Source: an uncultured Verrucomicrobiae bacterium
GTDB taxonomy: Bacteria > Verrucomicrobiota > Verrucomicrobiia > Chthoniobacterales > JAFAMB01
Length of the DNA: 64,000 nt
Direction of reading: 5' to 3'
Assembly: GCA_963762565.1 (NCBI GenBank)
Contig: CAVXLD010000001.1
Coordinates: 1,158,286-1,222,285, forward strand
A program made the position numbers and the translations under genes. Positions 55,223 through 64,000 of this stretch are shown in pieces (within the stretch, counting starts at the first letter, position 1; every line of letters begins with the position of its first letter). Below the pieces are notes generated by a model that was not told the DNA's origin, ran no database searches, and saw only the letters and a program-made list of their open reading frames with translations.

Positions 55223-58200
55223 TCATGGTTTAAATCGACTTGGCCGGGCTTTAACTTTCCGCCTTGTAACTAACTTTTCAATCAGGCAGAAGCTGGCCGG
55301 GATCAGGAAAATCGCGATGGCACATGCCGCGAACATTCCGCCGATCACGGTCGTGCCCATTACTTGCCGGGCAACCGCACCGGAGCCGGAGGCCATCCAA
55401 AGGGGTACGCATCCGAGGATGAAGGCGAAAGAGGTCATCAAAATTGGCCGGAGCCGCAAGCGGGCAGCGGCCAGGGCTGCGTCTACTAACGGAGTGCCCC
55501 GTTCATACTCAACCTTGGCAAACTCAACTATCAAAATGGCGTTCTTAGCAACCAGTCCAATGATCATAACCAGCCCAATTTGGGCAAAGACGTTATTTTC
55601 GATTTGGACGAGATAGGAAGGCAGAAACAGCCCGTTGATTAACCGCCGCAAATAGAGCATCCCAAATGCCCCGAAAACAGCGATCGGTGTGCTTAATAGC
55701 ACGCTGAATGGAAGCGACCAACTTTCGTACAACGCGGCTAAGATCAAAAACACAAATAAAAGCGAAAACCCAAAGATGGCCGCCGCCGGCACACCTTGTT
55801 GGGTTTGTTTCTCCTGGAACGACATGCCCAGATAGTCATATCCCATCTCAGGGGGCATTGTTTGGGCAAAGACCTCTTCCAGCGCCTTCATCGCCTGATC
55901 GGAGGTGTACCCAGGAGCGATCGCGGCATTGATTTGGGCGGAGCCATATAGATTGTAGCGCATGGTAAACTCCGGCCCAGAGCGTCTCTCGATTCGGGTG
56001 ACGGTACTTAACGGAACCATCTTGTTCTGGCTATTACGGACATAAAACTCTCCCAGGTTCTGCGCGTCTGTCCGATACTTGCCTTCCGCTTGGACGTAAA
56101 CCTGCCACTGACGTCCAAACCGGTTGAAATAGTTAATAAATGTTCCTCCCATTAAGGCCTGGACCGCCTGATAGACGTCGCTAATCGCAATCCCTTGGTT
56201 CAGGGTTTTGTCTAGATCCACGTCGACATAGGTCTGCGGGACGTTAGGCTGGAAAGTTGTGCTGATCTGGGCTAGCTCGGGTCGTTTCCGAGCCGCGCAA
56301 AGGAAGGTGTCAACGTTCCTTGAGAGAAGCCCGGCATCTCCGCCTGACCGGTCTTCAAGCACGAAGCTAATATCACCAGACGCACCGGCACCCGGAATTG
56401 CCGGAGGAGAAAAAGCGAAGGCGATCGCCTCCGGCAGCTGAGACAGTTCCCGGTTAACTTGAGCTTTGATCCCTTGATAGGTTTCGTGACGTTGTTCGCG
56501 CTCTTTCCATGGGGTCAACGACACGAACAAAAACGCGCTATAGGTACTTTGGACGCCGCTCAGTAAGCTCGAGCCGATGGTAGTGGTGACGTAACCAACT
56601 CCGGGCGTCCGCGACACTAAGTTTTCGATCTTGCGGCAAACCTCGTCCGTGCGCTGCAACGATGCCGCATTCGGAAGTTGCAAATTGATGTAGAAATATC
56701 CCTGATCTTCGTCCGGCAGGAAACTTGTTGGGATTTTCCTGCCAAACAGGAAAGCTGCGCCTCCAAAAACCACGATCAAGGCGATGGCTAACCCAGTCCG
56801 CCGGATGAAGAGAGCCGAAATCCGGACATATCCTTCGGTGGCGCGTCCAAATATCTGATTGAACCAGCGAAAGAAAGCTCCCAGGGGTCCGGTACCTTTC
56901 CGCCGCGGCCGGAGCAAGAGCGCACATAACGCCGGACTAAGGGTCAGGGCGTTAAAGGCTGAGATTAAGACTGAGATAGCGATGGTGACGGCAAACTGCT
57001 GGTAGAGTCTCCCGGTGATCCCCGGAATAAAAGCGGTGGGCACAAAGACCGATGCTAAGACCAGAGCGACACCGATGACCGGACCGGTAATCTCTTTCAT
57101 GGCCTTGAGCGTAGCTTCCCTGGCCGAGAGTCCAGCCTCGATGTGGTGTTCCACCGCTTCGACTACCACAATGGCGTCGTCAACTACCAGGCCGATTGCC
57201 AAGACCAGGCCAAATAGCGAAAGTGTGTTGATCGAAAAACCTAGCAGCGGAAAAAATATAAAAGTGCCGATCAAAGAAACCGGCACGGCTAACAGCGGAA
57301 TGAGGGTTGCTCGCCAGCTCTGCAGAAAGAGGTAGACGACCAGGATCACTAGAACGAGCGCCTCGACTAACGTCTTGATCATTTCCTCGATGCCGGCTGT
57401 AACGGGCTTGGTTGTGTCCAACGAGACCACATAGTCCACGCCTTGAGGAAATCGTTCCTTGAGCTGGGTCATTAGTGTCTTGACGCCATTCGCCGAAGCC
57501 AACGCATTGGTACCAGGAAGTTGATAGACAGAGACCACCGCGGCGGGTTTACCATTAAATCGACCTCTGGTGTTGTACGCTTGCGCGCCAAATTCCACCC
57601 GTCCGACATCTTTAAGTCGCACGGAGCCACCGCCCGTCTCCTGTCGCAGCAGGATATTGCCGAATTCTTCGGGGCTCATTAGGCGTCCTTGGGCTCGGGC
57701 CGTGTAGGTAAATTCCTGTCCACTGGGCGCGGGTTCACTGCCAATCTGGCCTGCCGAATTAACCGTGTTCTGCGCTTGAACCGCGTTCACAATATCCGAA
57801 ACAGTCATATTTAACCGGGCTAGCTCGTCCGGTTTCAGCCACAAACGCATCGCGTACTGTCCGGCGCCCGAGATTTGGACATTGGAGATGCCGCGCACCC
57901 GGGTAAGCGCATCATTCAGATTGATATAGGCATAGTTCGACAGGAAGAGGGCGTCCCGGCTTCCATCCGGCGAATAGAGAGCAATCACCATGAGCGGCGC
58001 TGCTAACGATTTTTGGACGGTCACGCCGAGGTTGTTGACAGCGCTCGGCAACTGAGACGCTGCTTGCGTTTCCCGCATTTGCGCTAGGATCTGATCCGTA
58101 TTGGGATCAGACGCCAGGTCGAAATCGACAGTCAACACCATTTGGCCGCTGTTAGCGTTGACCGAATACATGTAGTTCATGTTGTCGACGCCGCTCATCT

Positions 58201-58402
58201 GTTGCTCAATCGGCGTAGCCACAGCCTGTTCTACGGTGCGCGCATCCGCTCCCGTATAGTTAGCGGTGATCACAGTCTGAGGAGTGACGATTTCCGGAAA
58301 CAAGGAGACCGGTAGAACATTGGTCGAGATTCCGCCAACGATGACCGTTAGAACGGAAATAACGATCGCCACGATCGGCCGGTTAATAAAGAACTTAGAC
58401 AT
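55223..58402 (-). CDS. RND efflux permease (HAE1 family), paralog 1
   Basis: 1059 aa. AcrB-like N-terminus MSKFFINRPIVAIVISV. 12-TM layout. Confidence 0.9.
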   Translation of the reverse strand: MSKFFINRPIVAIVISVLTVIVGGISTNVLPVSLFPEIVTPQTVITANYTGADARTVEQAVATPIEQQMSGVDNMNYMYSVNANSGQMVLTVDFDLASDPNTDQILAQMRETQAASQLPSAVNNLGVTVQKSLAAPLMVIALYSPDGSRDALFLSNYAYINLNDALTRVRGISNVQISGAGQYAMRLWLKPDELARLNMTVSDIVNAVQAQNTVNSAGQIGSEPAPSGQEFTYTARAQGRLMSPEEFGNILLRQETGGGSVRLKDVGRVEFGAQAYNTRGRFNGKPAAVVSVYQLPGTNALASANGVKTLMTQLKERFPQGVDYVVSLDTTKPVTAGIEEMIKTLVEALVLVILVVYLFLQSWRATLIPLLAVPVSLIGTFIFFPLLGFSINTLSLFGLVLAIGLVVDDAIVVVEAVEHHIEAGLSAREATLKAMKEITGPVIGVALVLASVFVPTAFIPGITGRLYQQFAVTIAISVLISAFNALTLSPALCALLLRPRRKGTGPLGAFFRWFNQIFGRATEGYVRISALFIRRTGLAIALIVVFGGAAFLFGRKIPTSFLPDEDQGYFYINLQLPNAASLQRTDEVCRKIENLVSRTPGVGYVTTTIGSSLLSGVQSTYSAFLFVSLTPWKEREQRHETYQGIKAQVNRELSQLPEAIAFAFSPPAIPGAGASGDISFVLEDRSGGDAGLLSRNVDTFLCAARKRPELAQISTTFQPNVPQTYVDVDLDKTLNQGIAISDVYQAVQALMGGTFINYFNRFGRQWQVYVQAEGKYRTDAQNLGEFYVRNSQNKMVPLSTVTRIERRSGPEFTMRYNLYGSAQINAAIAPGYTSDQAMKALEEVFAQTMPPEMGYDYLGMSFQEKQTQQGVPAAAIFGFSLLFVFLILAALYESWSLPFSVLLSTPIAVFGAFGMLYLRRLINGLFLPSYLVQIENNVFAQIGLVMIIGLVAKNAILIVEFAKVEYERGTPLVDAALAAARLRLRPILMTSFAFILGCVPLWMASGSGAVARQVMGTTVIGGMFAACAIAIFLIPASFCLIEKLVTRRKVKARPSRFKP

Positions 58403-58494
58403 CGAGGGTGCGGCGGTTTTTGGAGTTGCGGGTCACGGGTGTGGTAGGGCGTCAGGGGTGTGTACACGGATAGGACCTATGGGACCTATAGGAC

Positions 58495-61400
58495 TCATAA
58501 GTCGGCTAGCGGCTGCTGCCGCCCGCGGTGTTTACGGCCTACAAAGGCAGCTACGGTTTCGACCATACAGAAGCCGGCCGGGATTAAGAAGATGGCCAGC
58601 AAACTGGCTGCGAGCATTCCGCCGATGACCCCGGTACCTAGTACTTGCCGGGCGACTGCACCCGACCCTGAAGCTAGTGCGAGTGGAATACAGCCAACGA
58701 TAAAGGCGAATGAGGTCATCACAATCGGGCGCAGGCGCAAACGCGCGCCGGCCAGCGCGGCATCGACCAGGTTGGCGCCCCGCTCATATTCGGTTTTGGC
58801 GAATTCAACGATCAATATGGCGTTCTTAGCAACCAGACCGATGATCATGACTAATCCAATCTGCGCATAAACGTTGTTCTCGATCTGCACCAGTATGGGC
58901 GGCAGAAATGCCGCGGTGACCATTCGGCGGAGATATAGCGCGCCTAACGAACCAAAGACGGCGACCGGTGTGCTTAGCAGCACACTGACTGGGAGCCACC
59001 AACTTTCATAGAGAGCGGCGAGAATCAAAAATACGAATAACAACGAAAAACCGAAAATGAGGGCCGGAGGCGCTCCCTGTTGAGCCTTCTTCTCTTGGAA
59101 TGACATGCCCAAGTAGTCATATCCCATCTCTGCCGGCATCGTCTGGGCAAAGACCCTTTCCAGCGCACTCATAGCCTGGGCGGAACTGTAGCCTGCTGCC
59201 GGGATCGCTTGAATTTGAGCCGAGCGAAACAGATTGTAGCGCATGGTAAATTCAGGACCGAATTCTCTACGAACACGCACTACTGAAGAAAGAGGCACTG
59301 CGTTGTTGTTTTGGTTCCTGACATAGAACTGGCCAACCTGATCGGCTCTGGTCCGAGATTCTCCGCCGGCCTGCACGTACACTTGCCACTGACGGCCGAA
59401 GCGGTTGAAGTAGTTGACGAAAGAACCACCCAGAAAACTTTGGAGGGTGTTGTAAATATCGGTCAGCGCCACTCCCTGGCTAAGGGCTTTCGCCCGATCG
59501 ACGTCAAAATAAACCTGGGGTACGCTGGGGAGCAGTGTCGTAATCACTCGGCCGAGCTCAGGTTGCTGGCGGGCAGCATCCAGGAAAACATCGACGTTGC
59601 GCGCCAGAAACTCCGCGCCTTTGTCGATGCGGTTCTCTAGCACGAAGGACACGCCTCCAGCCACACCGGCTCCGGGAATCGCCGGCGGAGAAAATCCGAA
59701 TACAGTCCCTTCCGGAAATTGGAGGAGTTTCAGATTAAGCAGCCCCTTAAGAGCTTGATATTGTTCGGTTATCTTTTTCCGTTCCCCCCAAGGATCCAAA
59801 GTTACAAAAAAGAAACCGCTATAGGTAGTTTGCACGTTGCTTAGCAAACTGAACCCTGCGATCGCTGTCGTATATCGCACCCCTGGAGTTTGAGCGAGCA
59901 ATGCTTCGATTTTTCGGCAGGCCTCATCGGTGCGTTGGAGAGAGGCGGCTTGGGGAAGTTGGAGATTGATGTAGAAATAGCCCTGATCTTCGTCCGGTAG
60001 AAAGCTGATGGGCAGCTGTTGACCGAAAAAGATTGCGACCGCGCCAAACGCGAATAGCAAAATCAGGGTTAGACCTGTTCTACGGATCAGCAAACCCGAG
60101 GTGCGCACATATCCGTCTGTAACCCGACTAAAGAGCCGGTTAAACCAACTAAAGAATCTTTGTAATAGCCCAGTTCGCTCCTGCCGGGGTCGCAACAGCA
60201 TCGCACACAGGGCTGGGCTAAGCGTCAGGGCATTGATTGCGGAAAGGAGAACCGAGACCGCGATGGTAACTGCGAACTGTTGATACAGGCGGCCGGTGAT
60301 ACCCGGGATGAAAGCCGTGGGTACAAAAACCGAGCCGAGTACTAGGGCAACCCCAATAACCGGCGCAGTGATTTCTTTCATCGCTGCGAGCGTCGCCTCT
60401 TTGGGAGCTAACCCTTCGTGGATGTGTCGCTCCACGGCTTCGACGACGACGATGGCGTCATCCACTACCAACCCGATCGCTAAAACCAATCCAAACAGCG
60501 AAAGCGTGTTGATCGAAAAACCGAGCAGAGGGAAGAAAATAAAAGTGCCGATCAATGACACCGGGACCGCCAGCAGCGGAATGAGCGTTGCCCTCCAGCT
60601 CTGGAGAAAGAGATAAACGACGATCACCACTAACCCGAGCGCCTCTAATAAGGTCTTAACCATTTCCTCAATGCCTGCGGTTACCGGCAAGGTGGTATCT
60701 AGCGCGATCACATAGTCCATTCCGCGTGGAAATCGCGCCTTCAGCTCGGCCATCCGTTTTTTGACGCCTTCCGCAGCTGTCAATCCATTGATGCCCGGAA
60801 GTTGATAGATCGCGAGCACGGCGCTGGGCTGACCATTCAATCGGGCGTATGTACTGTAGACTTGTGAGCCGAGCTCAACACTGGCCACATCGCTAATGCG
60901 GACAACCGCACCGTTCGTCGATTGACGCACGATGATACTGCCGAATTGCTCCGGGGTCGTCAGCTGTCCCCGCGCCACCGCCATATAAGTGAATTCCTGA
61001 CCGTTGGGCACTGGCTCGCCGCCGGCAAAACCAACCGGATTCACCGCGTTCTGCTGTTGAACGGCGTTAGTAACGTCCGAAACCGTCACATTCAATCGGG
61101 CTAGCTGTTCGGGCTTTAGCCAAATGCGGATCGCGTACTGGCCGGATCCAAAGACCTGCACGTTAGAGATACCGGGGACTCGGGTTAACTGATCGTTGAG
61201 ATTGATGTAGGCGTAGTTCGCCAAAAATTGAGAACTATAGCGGCCGTCAGGGGAACGCAAAGCAATCAACATCAGCGGCGCAGCAAACGATTTCTGGACA
61301 CTGATTCCTTGTGACACCACTTCCGGCGGCAGTTGAGCGCTGGCCTGTGATTGCCGCATCTGCGTCAAAACCTGATCGGTTTTCGGATCGCTGTTTTCGT

Positions 61401-61683
61401 CAAAATTGACCCTCAACTTCATCTGGCCGGTATTCGAGTTGAGGGAATACATGTAGTTTAACTTATCGACCCCGCTGATCTGCTGCTCGATCGGCGTGGC
61501 CACGGATTGCTCCACGGTGACGGCATCTGAACCGGGGAAGGTTGCCGAAACTACGATTTCAGGAGGAGTTATGTTCGGATAGAGCGAAACCGGCAAAAAT
61601 AATAGGCAGGTCAGACCGACTATTATTGTCAAAATCGAGAGGACAATAGCGAGGATCGGTCGCTGAATGAAAAATCCGGACAT
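58495..61683 (-). CDS. RND efflux permease (HAE1 family), paralog 2
   Basis: 1062 aa. Roughly 60-65% identical to paralog 1 by eye. MdtB/MdtC-like tandem arrangement. Confidence 0.9.
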   Translation of the reverse strand: MSGFFIQRPILAIVLSILTIIVGLTCLLFLPVSLYPNITPPEIVVSATFPGSDAVTVEQSVATPIEQQISGVDKLNYMYSLNSNTGQMKLRVNFDENSDPKTDQVLTQMRQSQASAQLPPEVVSQGISVQKSFAAPLMLIALRSPDGRYSSQFLANYAYINLNDQLTRVPGISNVQVFGSGQYAIRIWLKPEQLARLNVTVSDVTNAVQQQNAVNPVGFAGGEPVPNGQEFTYMAVARGQLTTPEQFGSIIVRQSTNGAVVRISDVASVELGSQVYSTYARLNGQPSAVLAIYQLPGINGLTAAEGVKKRMAELKARFPRGMDYVIALDTTLPVTAGIEEMVKTLLEALGLVVIVVYLFLQSWRATLIPLLAVPVSLIGTFIFFPLLGFSINTLSLFGLVLAIGLVVDDAIVVVEAVERHIHEGLAPKEATLAAMKEITAPVIGVALVLGSVFVPTAFIPGITGRLYQQFAVTIAVSVLLSAINALTLSPALCAMLLRPRQERTGLLQRFFSWFNRLFSRVTDGYVRTSGLLIRRTGLTLILLFAFGAVAIFFGQQLPISFLPDEDQGYFYINLQLPQAASLQRTDEACRKIEALLAQTPGVRYTTAIAGFSLLSNVQTTYSGFFFVTLDPWGERKKITEQYQALKGLLNLKLLQFPEGTVFGFSPPAIPGAGVAGGVSFVLENRIDKGAEFLARNVDVFLDAARQQPELGRVITTLLPSVPQVYFDVDRAKALSQGVALTDIYNTLQSFLGGSFVNYFNRFGRQWQVYVQAGGESRTRADQVGQFYVRNQNNNAVPLSSVVRVRREFGPEFTMRYNLFRSAQIQAIPAAGYSSAQAMSALERVFAQTMPAEMGYDYLGMSFQEKKAQQGAPPALIFGFSLLFVFLILAALYESWWLPVSVLLSTPVAVFGSLGALYLRRMVTAAFLPPILVQIENNVYAQIGLVMIIGLVAKNAILIVEFAKTEYERGANLVDAALAGARLRLRPIVMTSFAFIVGCIPLALASGSGAVARQVLGTGVIGGMLAASLLAIFLIPAGFCMVETVAAFVGRKHRGRQQPLADL

Positions 61684-61726
61684 AGTCAGTGCCGTACTAG
61701 GCGCTTAGAGGTCACCACGGATCTCC

Positions 61727-62904
61727 TTATTGGGATTGTACCGGACGCTCCGGCTTCCATTCAGTTGGCTTAACCAACTCGTTGTCGCGCACTTTCTGTA
61801 AGCCTTCGGCTACGACCCGCTCCCCTGGTTTCAATCCGTCTTCGACCACCCAAAGAGAGCCTACCCGTTCGCCCACCTTGACCGTCCGGATCTCCGCTTT
61901 ATTGTCGCCTCCAACGACGGCTAGCTCATAACTCGTCTGCAATTCGTTTACCGCACGTTGCGGAACAAGCAATGCCCCATGTAGTGACCTGACGGTGACT
62001 CGGACGCGAACAAATTGGCCTGGGCGTAAAATATTGTCAGGATTAGGAAATAGGGCGGCCAGCCGGATCGTACCGGTCTGGTTGTCTACCTGGCGGTCGA
62101 CGGCGGAAAATTTTCCCTGAGCGGGTACAGTGAACCGTCGGCCAGAATAATCTCTACTGGCGGCGCCGGCGCAGGTGGTACGGTTCGCTTCGATCCGCTC
62201 CTGCGCGACTTTCAGGTAGTCCTGCTCACTGATTTGAAAATAGGCCTTGATCGGATCCACGGTCGAAATCGTCGCGAGCGGATTAGCATCGCTTGGTCCC
62301 ACGAGATCGCCAATCCCCGGATTCGCGATCCCGGCAACGCCACCAATGGGTGCCGTGATTTTCGTAAATCCAAATTCAGCTCTGCCTGTCGCACGGCCGC
62401 CTCCTGAGCCTTTACTGGGCTTTCGCCGCAGTATTGGCCTGAACCGCATTATCTAGGTTTTGTGCGCTTTCGACTTTCTGTTCGAAGAGTTGGGTTTCGC
62501 GTTTTTCGGTCTGTTCGGTTTGAAGCTGGTTCGCCTGGGCTTGGCGAGGCCGCTTTTGCTTGTTCTACCGCTGCTTCGTAGAAGCTCGGATCGACCTGAA
62601 ACAGCAGATCGCCTTGCTGGACCACCGTTCCCTCTTTGTAATTTTGCGAGATCAGGTATCCGGAGACGCGTGCCCTGACATCTGCGTCTACCGATCCATC
62701 CAAGGACCCAATCCATTCCCGCACTACGGGAACATCTTGCTGAATGGCTTCCGTCACGAGGACCTCCGGAGGTCCCGAGATGATGTTATTAGTTCCGGAT
62801 TTCGAGCATCCCGCGAAAACAGCAGCGAAAAGGCCGGCTATGGGCTGTACCCCACAGAGGCCTACGAAAAGATGGAATCTCAAAATGCGGGGGAACGGCT
62901 TCAT
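61727..62904 (-). pseudogene. RND periplasmic adaptor (membrane fusion protein), at least three frame breaks in this assembly
   Basis: Lipoprotein-like N-terminus AVFAGCS. ARVSGYLISQNYKEGTVVQQGDLLFQVDP, then the coiled coil continues in another frame (QAQANQLQTEQTEKRETQLFEQKVESAQNLDNAVQANTAAKAQ). AQEAAVRQAELNLD is in a third frame, and FTKITAPIGGVAGI... is in the 61727-62449 frame. Confidence 0.75.
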
Positions 62905-63565
62905 AAAAAGAAAACGCGCAAAGAACTCCTGCGAACCTAGCCATCGCTGGATTCACAGATGAGGGCGGCATCCTGCCTTATTTCTTCGAGCGATGCCCTA
63001 GACCACGCGAACGCCTGATAAATCAAGGGAAAGCAGGAAAAGGAAGCCGGACGAAAAATTCTTCTCCGAGGTGACCGATTTGCTATCGAAAATCAGTTTT
63101 TGAGACAAGCCTTATCTACAGGCCGCCCTGTCCATATTCCGAAAAAGCGAACCCGGAAGCTCCAGTCCGCTATCACCGCCACCAGCAAAAATCCCTACGC
63201 TGCAAATGCAGCGAGTCAACCGAGAAGAGATAACAGCCGGAGATGAACGAAGATTTACGTAAAACGGCAAGAGCTGGAAGAGCGGAAAGAACGCAAAAAA
63301 AAGCGCCGGTAGGGCGAAAGGGGTGACACTGCGGCGAGGGCGGGTCCTCGGGATGTCTTATCGCCTGAACTCCGGCAACTCCTCGAACTCCTTTTCTTTG
63401 CCTTCTCTGCGCTCTTTTGTGGCTATTCGGCGGGTCTAACTGGGGCTTCCGTTCGTGGCTAGCACAATCGATAGAATTCCAAAGTGGTATCACGAACTTC
63501 GCGAGATGCGGATCTTTTAAAATACCACATCTTCCGCCATGCTCAGCTCAAATTGAGCTGACAAG

Positions 63566-64000
63566 ATGGAGATATTCGATCCCTTCCGCACGCGTGTGCT
63601 AGCTGCTTTACTAATCAGTTCTTGGGCGATACCAGGCGCTGCCCAAAGCAAATCAGACGCCGCCGGCACCCCCAGTAAAGAAACCGCTGACGCAGATGAT
63701 GGTCAGCACGATTTCGATTTCGAATTCGGAGTTGGAAAGTTCATCTTAAACGGCTGCTGCAGCCGCTAACCGGTTCCAACCAATGGGTCAACTCGATGGC
63801 ACCTCCGTCGTGAGGAAAGTCTGGGATGGACGCGCTAATCTCGGAGAGTTAGAGGTCACTAATCCTGAAAGTCATATCGAAGGTCTGAGTTTGCGCTTGT
63901 ACAACCCACAAACCCATCAGTGGAACATTTACTGGGCAAACCGAGGAGACGGCAACTTGGGCACTCCTCCGATGATCGGTCAGTTCAGGAAGGGCCGCGG
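63566..64000 (+). CDS. Secreted protein of an uncharacterised family (HDFDFxxGxW...), partial, two frame breaks
   Basis: Signal-like N-terminus. QHDFDFEFG | WKVHLKRLLQPLTGSNQWV | LDGTSVVRKVWDGRANLGELEV...YNPQTHQWNIYWANRGDG is read across three frames. Runs off the window. Confidence 0.5.

Noticed and set aside
55101-60616. Antisense ORFs inside the RND genes (55101-55616, 57015-57335, 58460-58870, 60296-60616) that resemble each other
   Set aside because: These are shadow ORFs. Their similarity only mirrors the paralogy of the two RND genes on the opposite strand.
55223-61683. The two RND genes as another recent duplication or a gene-conversion tract (62 identical aa around ...SWRATLIPLLAVPVSLIGTF...)
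   Set aside because: Overall identity is only about 60-65%. In the identical-protein stretch the nucleotides differ at many synonymous sites, so this is purifying selection rather than conversion.
63173-63493. 106-aa ORF upstream of the last gene
   Set aside because: It lies on word-repeat sequence (CTTTTCTTTGCCTTCTCTGCGCTCTTTTGTGG etc.) in an intergenic region. It is likely spurious.

Overview
64 kb chromosomal window from a moderately GC-rich bacterium. The intergenic repeat vocabulary suggests a soil Verrucomicrobia/Planctomycetes/Acidobacteria-type genome, but that is only an impression. I saw no rRNA, tRNA, CRISPR array, prophage or integrase. About 50 genes are mostly accessory or housekeeping: a ribose-type ABC transporter with a LacI regulator, several GNATs, hydrolases, a GH2, an Fpg/Nei glycosylase, SurE, and two tandem RND pumps. 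There is also a TetR / FAD-monooxygenase / SABATH-like methyltransferase / DMT exporter / acyl-CoA ligase cluster. The unusual content falls into seven groups. (1) A RAYT (IS200-like Y1 transposase) is flanked by its own REP family (GGGACAGGTCAA), and 12 of 13 copies lie in the first 8.2 kb. (2) More than half of the intergenic spacers hold imperfect hairpins whose arms are strings of 7-10 nt words (CACAAAG, CACGAAG, AACGAAG, CGCAGAT, GACAAAT/GACAGAT, CAGTAAG, GGGTTAC). At least three further MITE-like families are also present. (3) A 3.27 kb, four-gene segment is duplicated head to tail (39991-43260 and 43261-46532, about 99.4% identical) and abuts a truncated beta-carbonic-anhydrase gene. 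(4) A SLOG-SLATT fusion protein sits next to surE. (5) A decayed TIR-like(DUF4062)-TM-TPR gene ends at a REP. (6) A RES/Xre toxin-antitoxin pair is present. (7) A 553 bp REP-bounded insertion carrying an orphan 105-aa ORF sits between two copies of a gene's 3' end. Caveat: at least 10 ORF disruptions are single-base shifts at or next to short homopolymer runs, so many apparent pseudogenes may be assembly indel errors. A few genes are genuinely degraded by large deletions or truncation: the multicopper oxidase, the beta-CA and the FAD-binding gene. All functional calls come from reading motifs by eye. No database search was run.
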